Part shown: piece by piece, positions 1-6,931 of the stretch
Position numbering within the stretch: the first letter of the stretch is position 1
Layout: each line of letters starts with the position of its first letter
Virus record (IMG/VR): IMGVR_UViG_3300038393_001696
Origin: an uncultured virus (IMG/VR IMGVR_UViG_3300038393_001696)
Lineage: Duplodnaviria > Heunggongvirae > Uroviricota > Caudoviricetes
Length of the DNA stretch: 20,000 nt
Strand: one strand, 5' to 3'
Program-made: the position numbers and the translations under genes
Notes under the pieces: model-generated
What the model saw: the letters and a program-made list of their open reading frames with translations, nothing else
Told to the model about the DNA's origin: nothing
Database searches by the model: none

Positions 1-578
1 GTGTGGCCGACGAGCTGCTGCCGCGCGCGTTCCCGGTCAAGAGCGCCCTGCACGTCTGGATCGACCCGGCCAACGGCTGGCTCGCGATCGACACCGCCAA
101 CGCAGCCAGTGCGGACGGCGTGGTCAAGCTGCTGCTCAAGGCGGTCGACCGGATGCCGCTCGCATCGCTGCGCGTGGCGCATGCGCCGGTCGCGGTGATG
201 ACCGGCTGGCTCGACGCGGATGAAGCCCCGGCAGGTTTCTCGATCGACCAGGACGCCCAGCTGCGCGCCGCCGGCGAGAGTCGCGCCGAGGTCGGCTACC
301 GGCGGCACACCCTCGAACCGGACGACATGCGCCGCCACATCGCCGCCGGCAAGCAGTGCACGCGGCTGGCGCTGACCTGGAACAGCCGCATCTCGTTCGT
401 GCTGACCGAGACGCTGGCGCTGCGCGCGATCCGCCCGCTCGACGTGCTCAAGGAAGGCGCCGCGGCCGCGTACAACGACGACGAGCGCTTCGACAGCGAC
501 TTCGCGCTGATGGCCGGTGAGTATGCGCAGCTGCTGGCCGACCTGGCCGCAGCGCTGGGCGGCGAGGCAGCAACATGA
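1..578 (+). CDS. rdgC: Recombination-associated protein RdgC, phage-encoded (5'-truncated by window)
   Basis: Translation ELLPRAF...VWIDPANGWLAIDTANAASAD...MTGWL...PAGFSIDQDAQL...HIAAGKQCTRLALTWNSRISFVLTE...RFDSDFALM...LGGE matches the RdgC C-terminal half as I recall it; the frame is open from the window start. Confidence 0.9.
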   Translation, partial: VADELLPRAFPVKSALHVWIDPANGWLAIDTANAASADGVVKLLLKAVDRMPLASLRVAHAPVAVMTGWLDADEAPAGFSIDQDAQLRAAGESRAEVGYRRHTLEPDDMRRHIAAGKQCTRLALTWNSRISFVLTETLALRAIRPLDVLKEGAAAAYNDDERFDSDFALMAGEYAQLLADLAAALGGEAAT

Positions 579-793
579 GCGCGCTCGGCGGGCGCGCCGC
601 AGCGAACACCGGATTCCATTGCCCTGAATGCTACGCCAAGGGCGACCAACCGCACGCGTCGACCTGCTCGGCAGCCAAGGCGCCGGCGCCGGCGGTTATC
701 CCGCTCGGCATCTCCAATTACCAGCTCCCCGACGGTACGACGGGAAGCTCCTACACCAGCAGCACCAACCAACCACAACCAGGGAGAACCTCG

Positions 794-1570
794 ATGTCCT
801 TCGACACCGCCGAAGCAGCACCCGCCGCAGTGGACGCCACCGCTGCCGCACCGGCAGCCGCTGCCGTTGACCAGCACCTGTTCGTTACCGTCCCGGAAAC
901 CACGCTGCCGAACGGCACGGTGGTCCCGGCCTTCCAGGTCGGCCAGTACTACTGCTCGCAGGGCGCGGACGGCAAGCTCGCGATCAACGCGAGCAGCGAG
1001 CCGTGGGTCGAGATCAGCTACCACGCCGCGCGCCAGGCCTGCGCCGCCGCCGGCTACTCACTGCTGACCGAGCTGCAGGCGTTGGCGATTGCACACAACA
1101 TCGCCCAGCAGGGCGCGAACTGGAGCGGTGGACAGGTTGGCGTGGGCAACCTGCTGCAGGGCCTGCACCTCGACCCCGACGACGCCGACGAAGCCTACGC
1201 CGGCGACTACGTGCCAGCCGATCCGGCCGAGCGCCGCATGTTCGTGCTGTCGAACGGCCAGACCATCTGCGACGCGGCCGGCAATTTCTACGGCTGGGTC
1301 TTCGATGACGTCCAAGGCGACGAGAACGGTTTAGTGGCGCGCGCATTCGCTGCCGATTCGCCGTCGATCACCACGGCGCCATTCCCGTCGCTGGAGCGCG
1401 GCATGGGCTGGTATCCGAAGGCCGGCAGCGATTGGTCGGGCGCTGCGCTCCTCCGCGGCGGCTACTGGTGTTCGGACGGCGATGCCGGCGTGTTCGATCT
1501 CGACTACGGCTGGCCCGGCGACGCCTACGACTACGTGGGCTTCCGCTGCACCAAACCCATTGGTCTCTGA
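794..1570 (+). CDS. DGR target protein 1, C-type lectin / FGE-sulfatase-like fold with C-terminal variable region
   Basis: CLec/FGE motifs DAAGNFYGWV, LRGGYW, VGFRC; 3' end contains VR1, which aligns to TR. ATG 794 has SD AGGGAG at 781-786. An in-frame alternative start at 575 overlaps the rdgC stop and adds a CPEC..H..C segment. Confidence 0.88.
   Translation: MSFDTAEAAPAAVDATAAAPAAAAVDQHLFVTVPETTLPNGTVVPAFQVGQYYCSQGADGKLAINASSEPWVEISYHAARQACAAAGYSLLTELQALAIAHNIAQQGANWSGGQVGVGNLLQGLHLDPDDADEAYAGDYVPADPAERRMFVLSNGQTICDAAGNFYGWVFDDVQGDENGLVARAFAADSPSITTAPFPSLERGMGWYPKAGSDWSGAALLRGGYWCSDGDAGVFDLDYGWPGDAYDYVGFRCTKPIGL
1434..1548 (+). repeat. DGR variable repeat VR1
   Basis: 115-bp ungapped alignment to TR 3478-3592 with 14 mismatches, all at TR adenines (manual count). 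Confidence 0.95.
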
Positions 1571-1582
1571 TCCCTGGTCCCG

Positions 1583-1604
1583 GGTCGCCGCGTCAGCGGT
1601 GACC
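1583..1604 (+). promoter_or_regulatory. DGR target-recognition hairpin downstream of VR1/IMH
   Basis: GGTCGCCGC-GTCA-GCGGTGACC: 9-bp stem with one G-T pair and a 4-nt loop, starting 13 nt after the stop codon; duplicated after VR2 and absent after TR. Confidence 0.8.
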
Positions 1605-1640
1605 GATCCCGAGCCACCGACAAACGCGAGAACCGCCAAC

Positions 1641-2531
1641 ATGAAAATCGAACTCACCCAAGAGCACACCTTTACCGCCCGCGCTGGCGCCTACACGGTA
1701 CACGGCCTGCGCCGCGCCGACCAATGGGAAGGCCTGACCAAACTGGTGGACCTGTCCGAGCGCTTCCTGATCGTATCTGACAACGACGGAATCGTGGTCA
1801 AGGGCACGCCCGCGCTGCTGCGCGACCTGCGCCTGACCGCCAGCACCGACTTGTTCGTCACCGTGCCGGAAACTACGCTGCCCACCGGCCAAGTCGTGCC
1901 GTCGTTCCAGGTCGGCCAGTACCACTGTGGCAGCGACGGCGACAGCATCGCCATCCGTTCCGACTTGGTGCCGCTGGTACGCGTCAACTACCGCGACGCG
2001 AAAACGCGCTGCGTGGACGCCGGCTACCAGTTGATCACCGAACGGCAATGCCTGGCGATTGCCGTCGACATCGCCGGGCAGGACATCAACTGGACCGGCG
2101 GCAAGGTCGGGCACGGCGCGATCTACCAGGGCCTGCACCTCGGCACGGTCAGCGCTCCGCAGGCCGGCACCTACGAACCGGACGACAACGAACGCCGCTG
2201 GCACCAGCTGTCGAACGGTGCGCGCATCTACGACTTCGCCGGCAACATGTTCAGCTGGGTGTACGACGACGTGCAGGGCGACGCCGAAGGTCTGGTAAGC
2301 GCCGCGATCGAAAAGGACTCGCCGTCGCTCGCCAGCGCGCCCTACCCCAGCGAACAGAAGGGCATGGGCTACATCCCGCGCGGCCCGCTGAAGTGGTCGG
2401 GCCGTGCGCTCGTCCGCGGCGGCTGCTGGTTTTCGGACGACCGTGCCGGCGTGTTCAGTCTCGACTACGACTGGCCCGACTCCGCCAGCGTCTACGTGGG
2501 CTTCCGCTGCACCAAACCCATTGGTCTCTGA
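1641..2531 (+). CDS. DGR target protein 2, C-type lectin / FGE-sulfatase-like fold, paralog of target 1
   Basis: Shares LFVTVPETTLP.G.VVP.FQVGQY.C, QGLHL, LSNG..I.D.AGN...WV.DDVQGD..GLV and the identical C-terminus VGFRCTKPIGL with target 1. Start taken at ATG 1641 (MKIELTQ); the longer ORF-track start lies inside VR1. Confidence 0.9.
   Translation: MKIELTQEHTFTARAGAYTVHGLRRADQWEGLTKLVDLSERFLIVSDNDGIVVKGTPALLRDLRLTASTDLFVTVPETTLPTGQVVPSFQVGQYHCGSDGDSIAIRSDLVPLVRVNYRDAKTRCVDAGYQLITERQCLAIAVDIAGQDINWTGGKVGHGAIYQGLHLGTVSAPQAGTYEPDDNERRWHQLSNGARIYDFAGNMFSWVYDDVQGDAEGLVSAAIEKDSPSLASAPYPSEQKGMGYIPRGPLKWSGRALVRGGCWFSDDRAGVFSLDYDWPDSASVYVGFRCTKPIGL
2395..2509 (+). repeat. DGR variable repeat VR2
   Basis: 115-bp ungapped alignment to TR with 15 mismatches, all at TR adenines (manual count). 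Confidence 0.95.
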
Positions 2532-2543
2532 TCACTGGTCCCG

Positions 2544-2565
2544 GGTCGCCGCGCCAGCGGTGACC
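2544..2565 (+). promoter_or_regulatory. DGR target-recognition hairpin downstream of VR2/IMH
   Basis: GGTCGCCGC-GCCA-GCGGTGACC; same stem as 1583-1604, differing only in the loop. Confidence 0.8.
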
Positions 2566-2599
2566 TCCCTTAACCAGAACAATAAATAAGAAGACAACC

Positions 2600-3454
2600 A
2601 TGCAACAGGCAGCAACCCAGCACCCCACCGACGCCGAACTGAGCGGGTTCGGTATCAGCAAATTCAGGGGCATCGACATCGGCCTCGGCCAGGCCGACCC
2701 GATGACCGGCATCGCCGCCAAGCTCGAGCAGCAGTACCCGCACCACTTGGTCCTGATCCAGTGCGGCAAGTTCCTGCACGGCTTCGACCGCACCGCGCAC
2801 GCGCTCAGCACGCTGAAGGGCTACCAGCTCAAGCTGGTCGGCACGACCGATGAACCGCACCTACGCGTCGGCTTCCCGGCCGGTAACTTCAAAAGCCGGC
2901 TGTGGTCGATGGTCGAGGAATTCGGCATCCCTTACGTGGTCGCGCTGGGGACGCTGGCGCAGGGTCATACCGTCTACGTGTCGGACCAGTCCAGCCAGCA
3001 GTCGACGGTGCTCGCCGCGGTGACTCCCGAGATCGTCGCCCAGGTGATCGCGGACCTGCGCCAGCGCGGCAACCTCAACAAGGCGGCAGCGCGGCAGGTG
3101 CTGGCCAACCCGGACAGCGCCGGTTTCAAGCTGAAGCAGCAGGCCCAGGCGCTCGACCTGCAACTGCTGCAGGACATCATCAAGATGCCGCGCGACCTGC
3201 GCGTCACCTATGGCGAGAACCTGCGCGCCTGCATGGCGCGGCTGATGCGCGCCGTGTTCGCCTTTGGTCTGGACGTGAACCGGGCCGCATCGCTGCACGC
3301 GATCTCGGCCGACGTCGACCTGCTCAAGCACTATCTGGCGCAGGCTCCGCGGCTAAGCAAGCTCAAGTTCGCTTTCGAACACAGAGTGGGCTTAGCCGTT
3401 GAGCTTGGGCGCCTGGTCGGCGGCCTGATCCGCGCCGAGAAGGTGGCAGCATGA
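2600..3454 (+). CDS. avd: DGR accessory protein: N-terminal MutS domain I-like region fused to C-terminal Avd four-helix bundle
   Basis: N-half KLEQQYPHHLVLIQCGKFLHGFDRTAHALSTLKGYQL...HLRVGFP resembles MutS-I (K..yPd.lllfr.GdFYE.f..DA..as..L.i.L...maGfP). C-half MPRDLRVTYGENLR...LHAISADVDLLKHYL...ELGRLVGGLIR resembles Avd. Gene sits immediately upstream of TR. Confidence 0.8.
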   Translation: MQQAATQHPTDAELSGFGISKFRGIDIGLGQADPMTGIAAKLEQQYPHHLVLIQCGKFLHGFDRTAHALSTLKGYQLKLVGTTDEPHLRVGFPAGNFKSRLWSMVEEFGIPYVVALGTLAQGHTVYVSDQSSQQSTVLAAVTPEIVAQVIADLRQRGNLNKAAARQVLANPDSAGFKLKQQAQALDLQLLQDIIKMPRDLRVTYGENLRACMARLMRAVFAFGLDVNRAASLHAISADVDLLKHYLAQAPRLSKLKFAFEHRVGLAVELGRLVGGLIRAEKVAA

Positions 3455-3477
3455 TCAACGAAGGGGGATTTCTGGAA

Positions 3478-3592
3478 GGTCGAGCAATGCGCTCATCCGC
3501 GGCGGCTACTGGTATTCGGACGACAATGCCGGCGTGTTCAATCTCGACAACGACTGGCCCGACAACGCCAACGACAACGTGGGCTTCCGCTG
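3478..3592 (+). ncRNA. DGR template repeat (TR)
   Basis: Adenine-rich copy of VR1/VR2 (AAC/AAT/GAC triplets; 24 A) between avd and RT. It diverges from the VRs immediately after ...GTGGGCTTCCGCTG (IMH* vs IMH). Confidence 0.95.
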
Positions 3593-3699
3593 ACCCAACA
3601 ATTACATGCCTGGACGCCGAGCCGCGCGCTCGCGGGAGGTCAATTCTTGGTCGAAATCCTCTTGGGGAGTCCCCGCAAGCAGGGCCGAAGGTAGCACCC

Positions 3700-4803
3700 A
3701 TGGCCACACCGAGGACCGCGCCGGGGCCCGCGGGCGCCGGCGCGGAACGAGGCGACGCCAGCCTGTTCGTGCGCCTGACCAGCCTCGACAACCTGCACGC
3801 CTGCTGGCTGCAGGCCAAGCGCAGCAAGTCGCAAAGCCCGCGCGTGCAGCGCTTCGAGGCGGACCCGCTGCACTACCTGTTGATGATCCAGCAGCGCCTG
3901 CGCGCGCGCCAGTTTTCGTTCGGCCCGTACAAGGCGTTCACTGTGCGCGAGAAGAAGTTCCGCCAGGTGATCGACGCGCCGATGAAGGACCGCGTGGTGC
4001 ACTGGATGCTGTACCGGTACCTGCTGCCGCTCTGGCAACCGCGCTTCATCCACGACACCTACGGCAACCTGCCCGGGCGCGGCACCCACGCCGCCGTCGA
4101 TCGGCTGGCCACGTTTTGCCGCGGCGCGAACGCGCGCTGGGCACTGCAACTGGACATCTCGAAGTACTTCTACTCCGTCGGCCACGCTGTGCTGAAGGCG
4201 CGCGCGCTGCGCTACGTCGGCGACCACGACCTGCGCCAGCTGATCGCGGCACTGGTCGATTCGTTCCGTACCGACGACAGCTACGACCACCTGTTCGCCG
4301 CTGACTCGGCGTATCGGCTCACGCCGGCCAAGGGCATGCCGATCGGGAACCTCTCCAGCCAGTTGTTTGCCAACATCTTCCTGGCCGACTTCGACAGCTG
4401 GGTCAAGGGCGCGCTGCGCGTCAAGCGCTACATCCGCTACGTCGACGACCTGGTGGTCGTCGGCGAGACGCAGGCCGAGCTGCTGGATATCAAGGACGCG
4501 CTGGTTGCGCGGCTGGCCGCAGACGGCCTGACTGTCCACCCGCGCAAGGCGCGCATCGCGCCGATCGCCGCCGGCGTACCGTTCCTCGGCTACGTCGTGT
4601 GGCCGCGCCACGTCTCGGCCGGCGCCTACGTGCGCGGGCGCTACCTGCGCCGCCTGCGCGAGCACGAATCCGGCGGCTACGACCGCAGCGACACGCTGCG
4701 CGCCTATCAGGCGATGCTGGCCCATACCGGCCCCACCAATGTCCGCAGGGGCGTTCGCCACCCTGCTTTGCAACCACACCAAACCAAGGGAGAACTGCTT
4801 TGA
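3700..4803 (+). CDS. DGR reverse transcriptase
   Basis: RT motifs KDRVVH, GRGTHAAV, LQLDISKYFYSV, GMPIGNLSSQLFANIFL (DGR-type SQ), YIRYVDDL and GVPFLGY; no maturase/endonuclease extension. Start placed at ATG 3700, downstream of TR; the ORF track extends the frame to 3451. Confidence 0.93.
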   Translation: MATPRTAPGPAGAGAERGDASLFVRLTSLDNLHACWLQAKRSKSQSPRVQRFEADPLHYLLMIQQRLRARQFSFGPYKAFTVREKKFRQVIDAPMKDRVVHWMLYRYLLPLWQPRFIHDTYGNLPGRGTHAAVDRLATFCRGANARWALQLDISKYFYSVGHAVLKARALRYVGDHDLRQLIAALVDSFRTDDSYDHLFAADSAYRLTPAKGMPIGNLSSQLFANIFLADFDSWVKGALRVKRYIRYVDDLVVVGETQAELLDIKDALVARLAADGLTVHPRKARIAPIAAGVPFLGYVVWPRHVSAGAYVRGRYLRRLREHESGGYDRSDTLRAYQAMLAHTGPTNVRRGVRHPALQPHQTKGELL

Positions 4804-6266
4804 ATCTGTCACAAGAACATGGAACGGGCGACGCCGCCCTGGCCGTAACCGCGACCGACGTACCGGGCCGGCGCACCAAGGCGCAAATCATTGCGCTGGC
4901 CAACGCCGTTGGCATCGACACGGACACCGAAGGCGATATCTGGGGTAGCACGAACGGCGCGCTGCTGAAGTTCGCTGATGCGCTGCTCGACGCCCACCTC
5001 GCGCACCGGTCTCAGGACGCTCCAATGGCGAATGAGCGGACAGACTTTGAGCGATGGGCCTTGGATGAGCAAGTTGCCTATCGCGACGTCCAGCACGGCC
5101 TTTGCTTCTACGATGCAGGGTCTGGCGCACACCAATGGATCGGATGGCAAGCACGCGCCAGATTCGGGGCTCCAGCTCAGGGCGCCGAAGCGCAAGCAGA
5201 GCGCGCGGCAGTGCCGGAAGGGTGGAAGCTCGCCTTGCACGCTGCTGTGTCGGCTATCTACTTCGATGACTCGTCTGACTACAAATCGGCGCTCGGCGCG
5301 GTTGTGAGCAATCTGGACGCGAACCTCGCTGGCGAGTTGCTCGGCAGCCCGAAGGCCGCATACGACAAGGCATGCGCACTACTCGCCGCCCCTGTTCCAG
5401 CAGTCGCGCAGGAAGACGAACGGCAAGCTGGCCGCGACCTGAACAACACTCCCTGCCCGAAGTGCGGCCGGCGCACTGGTGTTCACACGCAGGAGGATTG
5501 GGAAGAGTGCTTTGGCGTCAAGACGCCTCCAGATGAGGAAGAGGAGGGCGAGCAGGTCGCGCCCGATGATGGCATGTTCTCGTCGGACTGGAAAGACGGC
5601 TACTCAGTCGGGTTCCAGGCCGCGAAAAAGCTATCCTCTCCTGCCGCCGCCAGCTCCGAGAGCGTCGATACGCCGGAATTGCGCCGCTTGCTCTACACGT
5701 TGTCGTGCACAACCGGCGCGGAGAACAAGGAAATCGAGCGTCGCATCATCGCCCACATCGAATCCCTGATCGCTGCGCGGGTAGCTGGAGCACAGGCCGC
5801 GCCTACCGACCTGTCGAAGCGCTTGCGTGCCTACGCCGAGGGTAGCCCGAGATTTCAACAAACGCTGCTACCAACGCGCGACCTGCTCGCAGCCTGCGAC
5901 GAGATCGACCGCTACTACGGCGGCATGATGGCTTGGAAGCAGACGGCCGAGAAGAAGGATCGCGACTGGTACGCCGAGCGCATGGACCGGATCAACGACC
6001 GCATCGCCTTCCGAAATTCCGAAGCACAGGCCGCGCCTGATGCGGTGCGGGATGGCCTTGAAGCACTGCTCATCGAGCGCCGGATCGCCATCACGCCGGA
6101 ATACGAAGGCGGCTTCCATGCTGCGATTTACGGCGAAGAGGAAGCGCCCCAGTCCAAAGGATTTGGCAAAAAGCCGAGTGAAGCTGTCAGCAATGCGATC
6201 AATAGCACCCCGGCAGGCGACAGCCAGCCCGCTGTGGGCGCAGCAGGTCAGGAAGGCGGTGCGTGA
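4800..6266 (+). CDS. Hypothetical mosaic phage early protein
   Basis: Long ORF with likely TTG start at 4800 overlapping the RT stop (TTGA) and SD AAGGGAG at 4786-4792. Short domains are joined by Ala/Pro linkers; one CPKC motif. Start uncertain. Confidence 0.65.
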   Translation: MNLSQEHGTGDAALAVTATDVPGRRTKAQIIALANAVGIDTDTEGDIWGSTNGALLKFADALLDAHLAHRSQDAPMANERTDFERWALDEQVAYRDVQHGLCFYDAGSGAHQWIGWQARARFGAPAQGAEAQAERAAVPEGWKLALHAAVSAIYFDDSSDYKSALGAVVSNLDANLAGELLGSPKAAYDKACALLAAPVPAVAQEDERQAGRDLNNTPCPKCGRRTGVHTQEDWEECFGVKTPPDEEEEGEQVAPDDGMFSSDWKDGYSVGFQAAKKLSSPAAASSESVDTPELRRLLYTLSCTTGAENKEIERRIIAHIESLIAARVAGAQAAPTDLSKRLRAYAEGSPRFQQTLLPTRDLLAACDEIDRYYGGMMAWKQTAEKKDRDWYAERMDRINDRIAFRNSEAQAAPDAVRDGLEALLIERRIAITPEYEGGFHAAIYGEEEAPQSKGFGKKPSEAVSNAINSTPAGDSQPAVGAAGQEGGA

Positions 6267-6655
6267 TGGGGCACGCGACTGAACTTGAGCGCGTCAAAGC
6301 CGCCAAGGTGACGCACCGTTGCTCCTGGTGCGCCGAGAAGATTAATGTTGGCTCCCCATACTCCCGATACCGCTACTTCGACGGTGGCGATGCCGGGACG
6401 GTAAAGCTGCACCCAGAGTGCCACGAAGTGCTGGATGAAACCGTGCGCGAGGAGGGCTACGACTACGAGTTTTACCCGGGCGAAAACCCGCGCGGCTGTA
6501 ATTGCGGACACAGCCATGGCTGCCCGACATGCGAGGAGCGGAAGCACAAAGCCCCCGCCCAGCAGGCAGACGACAGCCAGAAAGCCACAACGAAAGAGAA
6601 ATTCGACTGCTGCGACGGCGAGTGCCCCGTATGCATGAGCGAAGGCCAAATCTAA
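6263..6655 (+). CDS. Cys/His-rich hypothetical phage protein (putative zinc-binding)
   Basis: HRCSWC...HPECH, CNCGHSHGCPTC and CCDGECPVC motifs; start overlaps the upstream stop (GTGA). Confidence 0.65.
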   Translation: MMGHATELERVKAAKVTHRCSWCAEKINVGSPYSRYRYFDGGDAGTVKLHPECHEVLDETVREEGYDYEFYPGENPRGCNCGHSHGCPTCEERKHKAPAQQADDSQKATTKEKFDCCDGECPVCMSEGQI

Positions 6656-6663
6656 GGACAACC

Positions 6664-6921
6664 ATGACCGACAAGACCACCATGACCAACCCGCAAAAGA
6701 ATATTGATGAAGCGATGGTGAGAGAGGCGCTGAAAGCTGTCGCGATCATCCCACGGCTGAAAGTCGAAGAGCGCGGGCCGTACCTGAGTGCGCTCCTGGC
6801 GATTTCGTACAAGCTTCTGCGCACGGTCGAGGGCGACGAATTCGTGCGCGGCTGGCTGGAATCCGCCCTGCACGAAGTGACGACCGAGGCACCGGACGTT
6901 GCCATCAACGAACTGCACTGA
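6664..6921 (+). CDS. Hypothetical phage protein
   Basis: SD TAAGGA just before ATG 6664; fills the gap in a tightly packed + strand operon. Confidence 0.6.
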   Translation: MTDKTTMTNPQKNIDEAMVREALKAVAIIPRLKVEERGPYLSALLAISYKLLRTVEGDEFVRGWLESALHEVTTEAPDVAINELH

Positions 6922-6931
6922 GGACTGACAC

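Larger units (their letters stand above)
794..4803 (+). mobile_element. Complete diversity-generating retroelement cassette (target1-target2-avd-TR-RT)
   Basis: All components are co-oriented and adjacent, with adenine-specific TR/VR differences. Confidence 0.93.

Noticed and set aside
1482..1640. ORF-track start of target 2 at 1482
   Set aside because: It overlaps VR1, the target 1 stop and the hairpin; ATG 1641 is more plausible.
1434..3592. CRISPR array or simple gene-duplication repeats
   Set aside because: Three dispersed 115-bp copies with adenine-only differences and no repeat-spacer periodicity or cas genes.
3451..3699. N-terminal 83-codon extension of the RT ORF
   Set aside because: It runs through TR and the spacer in a frame different from the VR reading frame and gives low-complexity Thr/Ala sequence. 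It is probably non-coding RNA, though translational coupling to the avd stop (ATGA) cannot be excluded.
3700..4803. RT as group II intron, retron or Abi RT
   Set aside because: The IGNLSSQ motif, lack of maturase/endonuclease domains, and adjacent avd, TR and A-specific VRs all indicate a DGR.
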